Origin: a virus
Direction: 5' to 3' (one strand)
Length of the DNA stretch: 64,000 bases
Virus record (IMG/VR): IMGVR_UViG_3300032431_000003
Span: 13,926 to 77,925 of that record
Shown here: in pieces, positions 17,704-27,600 of the stretch
Layout: every line of letters begins with the position of its first letter
Numbering within the stretch: position 1 is the first letter of the stretch
The notes under the pieces: model-generated
Database searches by the model: none
What the model was told of the DNA's origin: nothing
What the model saw: only the letters and a program-made list of their open reading frames with translations
Translations under genes and position numbers: made by a program

Positions 17704-19278
17704 ATGAACCAAGATCACCTCCTATCTCCGTTTTTAACCAACTTAGACAAGCCTGTATTCTGCTTGAAAAATCTCCCTGAAGTTGTCAAGGGAGCCCTTT
17801 TCTCTCGTTATAGCCGTAGCGAAAAGGGGCTTCGAGAAATATTGCTCGATGAATTTATCAACGCTCCCGAAGCGTATTTCCAAGAACTCTCTGGCGACGC
17901 TGAAATCCTCGTAAACAAAGAGCAAGCCGAAGCTTTCTATGACCGAGTACTCTTAGGTTACGGAGATGACTCCATCGCTGAGCTTGGCGGCGCACACATT
18001 GCTTGCGAAGGCATTAGCAACATTGCGGCAAAAGCCCTAGAGGACTGTCGAATTGGTATTTCACCACTAGAAAAATCAACTAGATATGTCCGGTTCGACC
18101 AGAAAAAGGATGGCAAGTATCTGTACTACCGAGAACTGCTGATAATGGCATCGATCCACTCCGATCTCTACGAAGAAACAATGGACTTGCTATTCAAGAC
18201 TTACTCAGACTTAATCGCTCCTCTTTCTGAGTGGCTGAAGACTAAGTACCCCAAGAATGAGTCAACGAAAGAGAAACCTTACCTCAATAGCATCAAAGCA
18301 AAAGCCCTTGATATTCTGCGAGGATTACTGCCAATGGCTACATTGACAAACGTGGGACTCTACGGCAATGGACGGTCTCTTGAGTACCTGCTGGTGAAAT
18401 TTGCAGCTTCACGCCATATCGAAGTTCGCCAGCTAGGGGTGGATATGCAAGAAGAACTAAAACAAGTTATTCCATCTTTTATCAAAGGAGCCACTACGGA
18501 GCGGGGGCAAAGGCAGTCTCAGCGAATCATAGATAGTCTAATCGCAACAAGGGAAACAGCCGAGGACTTGGTTGGTGGGCTGGCTCGTTGTGAAAGGACA
18601 GATACGGTTTGCTTGACTGATTACGAACCCTACGCTGTCACCCAAGTTATCACAGCTATCCTTTACCCACATAGTGACCTTTGCCTAAGTCGAATTGCCG
18701 AAGCCGTCATAGGTATGGCTCAGTGGGACAAAGAAGCTGTTATCAATGAATACGTGGGTGATCGACACTCTCGGTTTGACAAAGTAGGCAGGGCTTTCGA
18801 GGAGGTCTTCTATACCTTTGACATCCTTGCCGACATCGGAGCCTACCGAGACTTACAGAGACATCGCTTAATGAGCCAAGAGCACCAAGATTACACGGTT
18901 AAACATGGGTACGATGTTCCCGATGAACTTGTCGAAGCTACACTCGACGAACCGTATCGGAGGGCTATGAACGCCGCCTCCTTTGCCTTCGAGATCGTAG
19001 AATCAAGCTTGCCCATTGCCGCTCAATACATGGTTCCTTTTGGTTGCAAGATTCGATGGAAGATAAAGCTAAACTTGAGAGAGGCTTATCATTTCATCGA
19101 ATTACGCAGTCAGAGACAAGGGCATTCTTCGTACAGGGAAATTGCCCAGCAAATGTACCTTGCAATCAACGATGTTCACCCAGAGTTGGCAGCGCACATG
19201 ATCATCGACATGAAAGATTACGACCTAGAACGGCTTGCTGCCGAACAGAAAACCGAAGCAAAAAGAGGAGAAGCATGA
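17704..19278 (+). CDS. thyX: FAD-dependent thymidylate synthase, tandem double-domain type
   Basis: 524 aa; GALFSRYSRS, YGDDSIAELG, EKSTRY, RDLQRHR and HFIELRS motifs. Confidence 0.9.
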   Translation: MNQDHLLSPFLTNLDKPVFCLKNLPEVVKGALFSRYSRSEKGLREILLDEFINAPEAYFQELSGDAEILVNKEQAEAFYDRVLLGYGDDSIAELGGAHIACEGISNIAAKALEDCRIGISPLEKSTRYVRFDQKKDGKYLYYRELLIMASIHSDLYEETMDLLFKTYSDLIAPLSEWLKTKYPKNESTKEKPYLNSIKAKALDILRGLLPMATLTNVGLYGNGRSLEYLLVKFAASRHIEVRQLGVDMQEELKQVIPSFIKGATTERGQRQSQRIIDSLIATRETAEDLVGGLARCERTDTVCLTDYEPYAVTQVITAILYPHSDLCLSRIAEAVIGMAQWDKEAVINEYVGDRHSRFDKVGRAFEEVFYTFDILADIGAYRDLQRHRLMSQEHQDYTVKHGYDVPDELVEATLDEPYRRAMNAASFAFEIVESSLPIAAQYMVPFGCKIRWKIKLNLREAYHFIELRSQRQGHSSYREIAQQMYLAINDVHPELAAHMIIDMKDYDLERLAAEQKTEAKRGEA

Positions 19279-19760
19279 CAACTGAACAATTTGACCTATA
19301 TAGTAGCTTGAGAAGATACGCTAGCTACTATATAGGTTTTCCCTCCGACCTCGACTTTTACAGCAACGACTGCTTTGATGAGGTCGAAGGAAAAGACACC
19401 AAGCAACTTGTTAGAGAGCTATTGGAGGCTGTATACGAGAAGGGACTGATAAACCCATCCTTCCCTTCTCGTATATCGGAGCTACTAAAAGAGTGGGAAA
19501 AGCTAAATGATTTTCCGAGTAGCTTTAACCCGGTTGAACTCAGAGAATTGCTCTCGCCCTTGGTTGCAAGAATATTTCCTCCCGTGATAGAAATTTCGGG
19601 AGATGTTCGAGGTAGTTATGGATGCTTAGTTTCCCGATCTGAAGACACGCTAACCTTCAAGACTTTCAGTGGGGAAGAGGAATTCTCAATTAGAGAGTTC
19701 CTTCTTCGCATGAGAATCAACATTTCTGATTTTAATGAAGCAAAAACAGGAGAGACATGA
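19275..19760 (+). CDS. hypothetical protein, tandem copy 1
   Basis: GAGGAG RBS; ATGA overlap with the thyX stop; begins MTTEQFDL. Confidence 0.75.
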   Translation: MTTEQFDLYSSLRRYASYYIGFPSDLDFYSNDCFDEVEGKDTKQLVRELLEAVYEKGLINPSFPSRISELLKEWEKLNDFPSSFNPVELRELLSPLVARIFPPVIEISGDVRGSYGCLVSRSEDTLTFKTFSGEEEFSIREFLLRMRINISDFNEAKTGET

Positions 19761-20223
19761 CAACTGAACAATTTGATCTAGAGAGTAGCTTAAGAACATA
19801 TGTTGACCTCTATGTAGGGTTTCCCTTTGACCTCGACTATAGTAATGACTGCTTTGATGAGGTCAAAGGAAAAGACACTAATCAACTCGTCAGAGAGCTA
19901 TTGGAGGCTATAGAGGAAAAGGGTTAGTAGATTCATCCTTCCCTTCTCAGGTATCCGAGCTACTAAAGGAATGGGAGCCAACTTGGAGGGTTAACCAGGT
20001 TAAACTCAGAGAATTGCTCTCGCCCTTGGTTGCAAGAATATTTCCTCCCGTGATAGAGATTTGGGGCGATGTCCGAGGCAGCCATGGGTGTTCGGTTTCC
20101 CGATCTGGAGACACGCTAACCTTCAAGACTTTCGGTGGGGAAGAGGAATTCTCAATCAGGGAATTCCTTCTTCGCATGAGAATCGACATTTCTGATTTTA
20201 ATGAAGCAAAAAGAGGAGAGTAA
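19757..20223 (+). pseudogene. tandem copy 2, frameshifted (or -1 recoded)
   Basis: close paralogue of 19275..19760; TAG at 19925 after A-AAG-GGT; homology continues in the -1 frame to 20223. Confidence 0.7.
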
Positions 20224-20224
20224 G

Positions 20225-20800
20225 ATGTCAATTTTGAACGACAGAAGAATCATCGAAAATGAGTCAATGATCAGGGGCTTCAATGCTGGCAACGTAAACC
20301 CCGTTTCCTACGATGTAACCCTCCATCACGTCATCTTGAGGGAGAGGCATCAATGGCAGTCTTGGCTCATGGATTCGCTTTGCCGACAAAAGCACTGGGG
20401 CAGAATGGACTCCCCCAATAGGTTTCAGAGAATTGATATTTCCAAGCACTCCAGAAAAGACCCGTTCTGGATGAAGCAAGGAGACTTCATTCTCGCTGCT
20501 ACCCAAGAAATCTTTGACTTGCCCTTGAATATCTCCGCTGAGTTTGTCTTGAAGTCTAATTCAGGAAGGCTGGGTTTTGGGCATCAACTAGCTGGACTTT
20601 GCGACCCCGGCTGGCATAACTCTCGGCTAACCTTGGAATTATTCAATGTATGCCGATTTGGCTTGCCACTCTACCCCGGACTGAAGATTGGGCAGATGGT
20701 GTTCCAGTTCGTTGAAGAACCATCGAAAGGCTATGGAATCACTGGGCATTACAACGGAGACAAAGAAGTTCAGCCGTCTCGTGTTGCTATTATTGACTAA
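20225..20800 (+). CDS. dcd: dCTP deaminase
   Basis: VNPVSYDVTL, GDFILAATQE, KSNSGRLG, AGLCDPGW, LTLEL, KIGQMVF and GHYNG motifs. Confidence 0.9.
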   Translation: MSILNDRRIIENESMIRGFNAGNVNPVSYDVTLHHVILRERHQWQSWLMDSLCRQKHWGRMDSPNRFQRIDISKHSRKDPFWMKQGDFILAATQEIFDLPLNISAEFVLKSNSGRLGFGHQLAGLCDPGWHNSRLTLELFNVCRFGLPLYPGLKIGQMVFQFVEEPSKGYGITGHYNGDKEVQPSRVAIID

Positions 20801-20826
20801 TTATTACAAATGGAGAGGTACAGCTA

Positions 20827-21078
20827 ATGGATTCGCCTGACAAAATATTCTTACTGGCTAGAGAATTGGCTAATGGAAGCGATACAGATAAATTTGCTTC
20901 TAGCATCCTAATGATTGTAGGGGGAGCCCTTCTATCTAGCAACGAGCTAGGATTCGACCACATAGAAAGACTAACTATGGCAGTGATTGCTACTTCAAAT
21001 GAATTCCGGGCTGAATTAATCCCTGAAGAGGAACGAGGTTCACTCGAAGAGTTTAAGCGCAAACTATTCGGAAACTAG
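20827..21078 (+). CDS. hypothetical protein
   Basis: GGAGAGG RBS; 83 aa; stop overlaps the convergent stop in CTAG. Confidence 0.6.
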   Translation: MDSPDKIFLLARELANGSDTDKFASSILMIVGGALLSSNELGFDHIERLTMAVIATSNEFRAELIPEEERGSLEEFKRKLFGN

Positions 21079-21659
21079 TAAATCTCACTCCGAATATATT
21101 CAAGGAATTTCACCGAGAACCCCGTGCTAAATCGTTGGTACGGGGTATTTATTGGGACTTCAGTGATTGTCGGTGGGTTCGTTGATTCGTTACAATTCAT
21201 GCGTCCTGAGCGTACCGTACCGCCGACTCCATCGAAGACTTTGATTTTACCGACTCTTTGAGTAAAGCCTTGTTGATATGCTTGCCAAAGACTACCAGTA
21301 CCACAATCTACTCGGTGATAGTCAAAGCAGGTAATCGTGGCATAGTTTGCGTAGCCAGTAGAAGTAGAGAGCGTAGCAAGTTCCTTGAGAGCTAAGTAGA
21401 TTTCTTCTCGCTGATCCTTGATTTTCAATGTAAATCCATAGCGACGAGTATTCAACGTGACCCCAGCAAGATTCGGCGAGAAGTAGTCATAGTAGTCTGA
21501 TTCAGAGCCTTCACTGACAGCAGAGTAGTCTTCGGCGGGAGTGCGGATTACGAGGTGTCCCTGGGCATTGAACATCGGGGCAATCTGAGTCGTTGCCCAC
21601 GTTGTCATAAAATGCGGTGGGCAAACAAAAACTACTTTATTAGGGATTAATCTAGTCAA
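21075..21659 (-). CDS. putative distal tail protein
   Basis: immediately downstream of the tape measure gene; 194 aa; TTG start with GGAGG RBS. Confidence 0.5.
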   Translation of the reverse strand: MTRLIPNKVVFVCPPHFMTTWATTQIAPMFNAQGHLVIRTPAEDYSAVSEGSESDYYDYFSPNLAGVTLNTRRYGFTLKIKDQREEIYLALKELATLSTSTGYANYATITCFDYHRVDCGTGSLWQAYQQGFTQRVGKIKVFDGVGGTVRSGRMNCNESTNPPTITEVPINTPYQRFSTGFSVKFLEYIRSEIY

Positions 21660-21660
21660 G

Positions 21661-24600
21661 CTACCTCCTCTGATTCAGCGTTGTCAGCACCCCATCTAGG
21701 GACTGAAGCACCTGTTGCTCTACATTCTGCCCTATTTCGCCATTTTGGTCAGCCTGTAGAGTTATGTTAATTGTATTCTGCATAGAGACATCGTTAGTGG
21801 GTCTATTGGCTTGAGCTTGAAGCCCATCCCTAATCTCTGCCATTGCTGGATCATTGGCTTGTCGCTGTCCGGCAACTCCTCCCGGAGCTTGGGGAACTCC
21901 AAATTCTTGCATCTGAGCTTGGAAGTTTCGGCGAATGTAGTCCAAGTCAGGCGGAGTGATCTGGGGCATGACTCCCTGCGTATTGGTGTTTAGGTTGAGT
22001 CCTTGCAGTTCTCTAAAGTTATTCCGGGTAAGCCCATAATCAAGTGCACCTCCACTACTTAATCCCAAATCAGCGAGGACTTGATTCCTGACACTGGCAA
22101 CCAATCTAGCTTGCTCCTGCCCTTCAGGGAGGGTCTCTGCAACTTCTAGGAGAGCATGTCCCCTCGCTGTGGACTGAGAAGCCACTATTGCTTGCCGTTC
22201 TTGGACGTTGAGCATCTCTGTGAGTTTGGCTTGATTGGATTGAATCTCAGTAGCATATTGAAGATAAGTTCCTTGCTCTACCTTGGCTGAGAGGGCATCT
22301 AGTCGAGCTTGAACCATCTCAGGAGAATCACCCTTAGCAATGGACTCACTGACCTTTGCCTTGGCATCGGCAATGTCAGCCTTGTTCTGGGCTTGCTGCA
22401 TTCGTAGCCGAATTCGCTCTTGCTCCATCGTTGCCTTTTGTTGAGCTTGATTGAGATCAAGAAGCTTCAACTCCATCTCTTGTTGGCTCAATAAGGACTG
22501 GTACTTGATCCGAGCAGTAGCTTTAGCGATAGCATGTTTTTCCGCCTCCCCGTGAAGAGTTTTGGAAAGTAGATCAAGTTGTCCAGCAACTTGACTGCTC
22601 CTAGATTCCATCAACCGCTTTTGTTTTTCAAGAATGTCTTTCTGGAAGTTCATCTTCTCAGTAATTAAGGCAGTTTGTTCAGCTTGCTTTGCCAAGAGTA
22701 CATTTAGTCGAGCTTCAGACTTCTCTTGGTCTTGGCGGATTTCAAGCTCAACAGCAGCCCGAACATTCATCTCTTGCTGTTTACCAATCATGGAAGTCTG
22801 ACCAGCTAGAAATTCTCGCTGTTTCTGGAGTGAAGTAATTCGAGACTGAGCCATTCCCTGCTCTTCTTTGCTAGATGCCCTAGTCAGGTCAAGGTTAGCT
22901 TGGTTGATCAGTCGCTCATTCTCTTTAAGCTGCAAAACGTTGGCATATTCTTGCCCTTCAAGAGCCAAAGCATTAATCCTTTCCTGATCTTTAGCCGACT
23001 CCTTTTCTAGTTCTTGTTTTCTTTCCAAGAACCGCAAGGAAGCTTGCTGACTCTTAGATTCAACGGTAGCCTTAACCAACTCGCTATTGGTCAACTTCGT
23101 AACCATGTTGATCTGCTGCTGGTAATACCCCAGCATTTGTTGACCCAACTTAATCTCTTGGTTTCTCTTAGCTTCGCTCTCAGCTTGTTCGGCAAGTAAT
23201 AAGTTAATCCTAGATTCAACAAGAGCCATAGATTGCTTAATCTTTAGCTCTTCTATGGCACTCTGCATAATCATCTCTTGTCCACGAAGCTGTAGCCGCT
23301 GATTCTGGAGTTGTTCTTGTTGAATCTTCAAGGCATCTACCCTGAGTTCACCGGAACGGACATCTTCCTCGGTCAACTTGGCATTCACTTGTTGCTTGGC
23401 TATATCCGCCTCAGCGTCAGCAATGGCTCTTTGGTTTTCCTTGAGCGCAATGTCCGATTCGGTTTGTTGTTTCTCATTGGCTATTCTTTGCTGAGCCTGA
23501 GACATGTTTAAGCTCTCAACCTCGGCTTCTTGAGTTCTTTCCAAGATTGACAACTGTTGACTTGCTGAACGGGTCTGAATTTCCGCCTTGATAGTTTCGT
23601 CCTTGATCTGGCGGCTGAGATTGGTCAAGGAAGCCTGAGACTGAGTTTCAACAAGGCTGAGTAGTGAATTCCTTGCCTCCAACACTTTCTGCTGCCGACC
23701 TAGTTCGTCACCAATCTTAGTTAGAGCATTAATCTGTATCCTTAAGCCTTGGTTTTCTGCCTCAATTTGATTGGAAAAAATCTTCTGACTTTTTTCAATG
23801 GCAATAACCTTCCGCTTAATCTCTCGATTTTCTTTTTGGGATTCCAACTCCATCTCTAGCTTGTTTACTTCAAGCTGGGCATCCATATAAGCCCTAGAAC
23901 TTTTCCCTTGGAGCTTGGCAATCTTCTCCAGGGTTTCCTTGGCATCCTTAAGACGCTTATTATTCATCTCAATATCAATACCCGCCATCTGATCCGCAGC
24001 TTCTTGAGCCGTAATCAACCCTTTCGTTTGGAGTAACTGAACTTGACGATTGGACTGCTCATCTAAACGTAGCTTCTGATCTAAGACATTTTTGCGAACA
24101 GCGATTTCTTGGTTTCCCATCTCAATCTGCTGCCCCTTCAAGTCCTGCTCCATCTTCACGATTTCAGCCTGCTTGTCCCTGTACTCTTGGGAGTCCTTGC
24201 CCTTCCCAACTTCCTCAATGAGTGCTAAGGTCTCTTTGGCGTTAGCTAGACGCTTTTTGTTTTGCTCAAACTGTATTTGGGTGATCTGCAAAGCCGACGC
24301 TTCAGCACTGATAACTGTCTGCTTCTCCCTCAGTCGCACCTCCCCAATAGCTTTCTCGTCCATTGCAAAAGACCGCTCCAGAGCAGTCTTCTTCATTTCA
24401 ATGATCATCGCCACGTTTTCTTGAATCTGACTAGCAGAAAGAATAGATTCAGCTATCCCGTTCTGCCCAATCGGTCCTTTCTGGCTCTGAAGTCCCTCAA
24501 GTAGCTCCGTGGCAAACTCTACTCCAATAGCCCCTCCATCAAAGGACTTCTTAATCTGATCCATTGCCGAATCAGCGTTAGAGCGAAGTATGGATAGATC

Positions 24601-27600
24601 AACAGTCCCAACATTAGCCATGTCTTGAGAGAGCTTGTCGTAAGTGCTAGACAAAGCTAGAAGCTGCCTTCTTTGTGATCCAGAAGCAGCGTTTGCCATC
24701 GTTGAGCTAAACACCCCAAACTTGGTCATCGATTCCTCATAGACCTTCTGGGCAGTCTCTGAATCAACTTGAGCCTGAGCGATTATTTCCTGAGACTGCC
24801 CATCTCGCCCCATCTTGGCGATTCTTTCTGCGTCTAATTCCTGAATCTTTTTCAGCCCTTCTTCGGTTTTCTGATTGAGAGAATCAAGGAATTTCTCGGT
24901 CGATTTAGCCGCTTGGTTACTAGCTTGAGCATTGGCAATAGCCGCTATATTTGTCTGATACAGTGTCTCCGCCTTTGCTACTTCAGCCAGCAATGACGTT
25001 TGCTTGGTTAGATCGTCAATCTGGCTCTGCCTAGCCTTTTTTCTACCTGGATCATTTTCATTCTTGTTTGCCTCAGTCAAGTCGGCAATTGTCTGATCGT
25101 TTGTAGCCTTCAACGCATCAATGGCTTTCTTTTCTGCCGCTAAGACCTTGGCTAAATCCTCAGAACTCAACGCCTTTCCTTGGTTTGCCTTGACAATTGC
25201 CTTGGCTTCATCGGTGATATAGTCGTGGTTCTTTAGCTTCTGTCTATACTGGAGGGTCTTCTCGTAAAGACGTTGAGTTTCAGCTTCGGCAGCATTTCTG
25301 GCAGAGATAAGCCCCTCGGAAGTCGTTGCTGCTTCAGTGAGTTCTTGAATAATCTCAACACTCTGCCCAGCCCGATCTTTTACCCAGTTGAAAGCATTAC
25401 CTACAGAGTTCATTAAATCTCCAATGGAACCAAAGATAGCCTTAAACATGGGACCAAGAACGGGAACGTTGCTTAGTAACCAAGGGATGAAGCTGGTAAT
25501 CCCTCCCATCACCCAGAGGACTCCCTTGCCCAAATCCCAGATATTACTGATAGTGCCAGCTAAAAGCCAGATTAACCCTTGCATATTTCCCTTGTATGCC
25601 TTGCCCTCCTTTGTTCCCTCCTTCTGTTTCTCTGTCAACTCCGAAGTTGCCCCCGCCGCTTTAAGTAAAGCCTTCTCCATCTTTTCGCTTTCAGCAGCCG
25701 CTCCACCAAGGGCGGGAATGAAATCCTGGAGAACGAGGAGCACCGATCCTAGAACTGCTACCACCCCAATGACTGACCCAATTAAAACAACCCAGAAAAG
25801 TGCTGCGGCTGAAGTTGCCCATGTCAACGCCGCCGTAATTCCGTTAATTGAGAGCGTGTACACTGCATTCGCAAGTGCCCCCAACTTCGTAGCAAAAGTT
25901 GTCCGCCCTGTTGCTACGAGATGGAACTCGGTGAGAACGGCGTTTGTCGCAAGGGCAGCAGTGTCGGCGTTCTTAGCTGCGGTAGAAGCTCCAATCTCGG
26001 CAATCTCTCCTATAGCTCTCTTCCCCTCGGCTTCTTTCAGGGCTAGCAATTTCGCTCTAGCTGCCAGATTAAATTCTATGGCAGCAGTTTCCGCCGCCAT
26101 TTGCTTCGTCATGGGTCGAGGGAGGTCTATGTTTGCTAATTTAGTCTGAGCTTCCTGTACCGAAGACAAGGTTCCCTTCACATCGCCCAAGCCTAGCAGT
26201 TCAGCCATTAGCCCCTTAGTTTTCTCACTCTTATTGCCTATCGCAATCTGCTTGGTTAATTTCTCAGCTTCCGCCTTGACTGAGGGGGTGGCATTGGCAA
26301 AGCCTTCTTTTATCTTCGATCTAATTTCATCTTGGTTTCCACCAAGAAATATTTCCTCTATGCCCTGAAAATTCTGCACCCGTTTTTTCTTGCTAGCTAT
26401 TGCGGATTGCTTATCTAAATCAACAAGCATTTCCGCATTCATTACAGCCAAAGCTTTTCTTGAAGTTAAATTGCTCTTAATAGCCTTGACTTCCGACTCC
26501 ATTGCAATCTTTAGTGGAGTATCGTCAGGATACTTAGCCAGCACAGTGTCTTTGAAGTTCTTAAGCCGATCTTCAGCCTTTCCAATGCTCTCCAAGGATG
26601 ATCCCGCCTGATCTAACCCCATAGCCTTAGCCACGTTCCCCTTAGCGATAGCGGGATCAAGTCCTCTAAGGTTCGTAGTGATTCTGCTAATTCTATCCTG
26701 GACTTCAGGGGAAGTTATTGAGTAGATGCTTTTGAACAAGTTCTCTGACTGCAAGGTAAACTTTGATAAGTCAAGCTGATCAACTTTCCTAATTGCCGCA
26801 CCCAGGGTTTCGTAAGAGCCAATCATCCTGTCAAAAGCCTTTGCGGGAAGCAATGTTTTCTGCTGGGCGGACAAGAGCATGGGAGCAAAATCCTCAGCCC
26901 ATCCATTTAGAGCTTTTCGGCTATTGGCAAAACTATTCATCAGTCCATCATTGATGTTCTTAAGCCCCTCCAGCCCCATGATTTGCCCTGCCCTAGCTTT
27001 TTGCACCACCTGTTCAACGCCAAGCACTCCCATCAGAGCCTTCTGGTAGCCCTGCTTCGCCATTATTGCTTGTCTTATCGCCTCAACGTGAGTGCGTATC
27101 TCCCCAGTCATGATCAGTTGACTGCCACGAGTAATAAGGTAAGCTTTACCCAGTCCCAGCACAATATTCGTCAGACTCTGACCTGCCTCGGTAACTCGCC
27201 CAAACTGCATGGAAAGCATTGCCGTTCCAGCGATAACATCCTTAAGTGGTTCTGGCAAGTTTTGGAAGTACTTGAGTAATCCTTCCAACGACTTCAACCC
27301 CGGCTCAATGGCTGGCAGAGTTCTCTTGCCCAAGTCAGTCATTACTTCGTTGAACCCATTGGTTACTGCGGTCATTCTTTGAGTTGCAGACTGTCTTCTA
27401 TTGTCAAACAAGGTGTCCAAGCTCTCCGAGCCGACCGTGCCCATGTCTTCCATGTTTTGCTTTGCATCCTTAGAAGCCGTAGTCATTAAACTCAGAGCCG
27501 TACTGAAGGCTAGGGAGTCGGGAATAATCTCTTTAAGTTTATTGGTACTACCACCAGTCGCTTTCCACAAGTCCTGCAATGAAGCAAGCAGTCCCTTCGT

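Noticed and set aside
19044-19274. 5' extension of the 19044..19760 ORF
   Set aside because: Overlaps thyX out of frame; RBS, ATGA coupling and the paralogue all support a start at 19275
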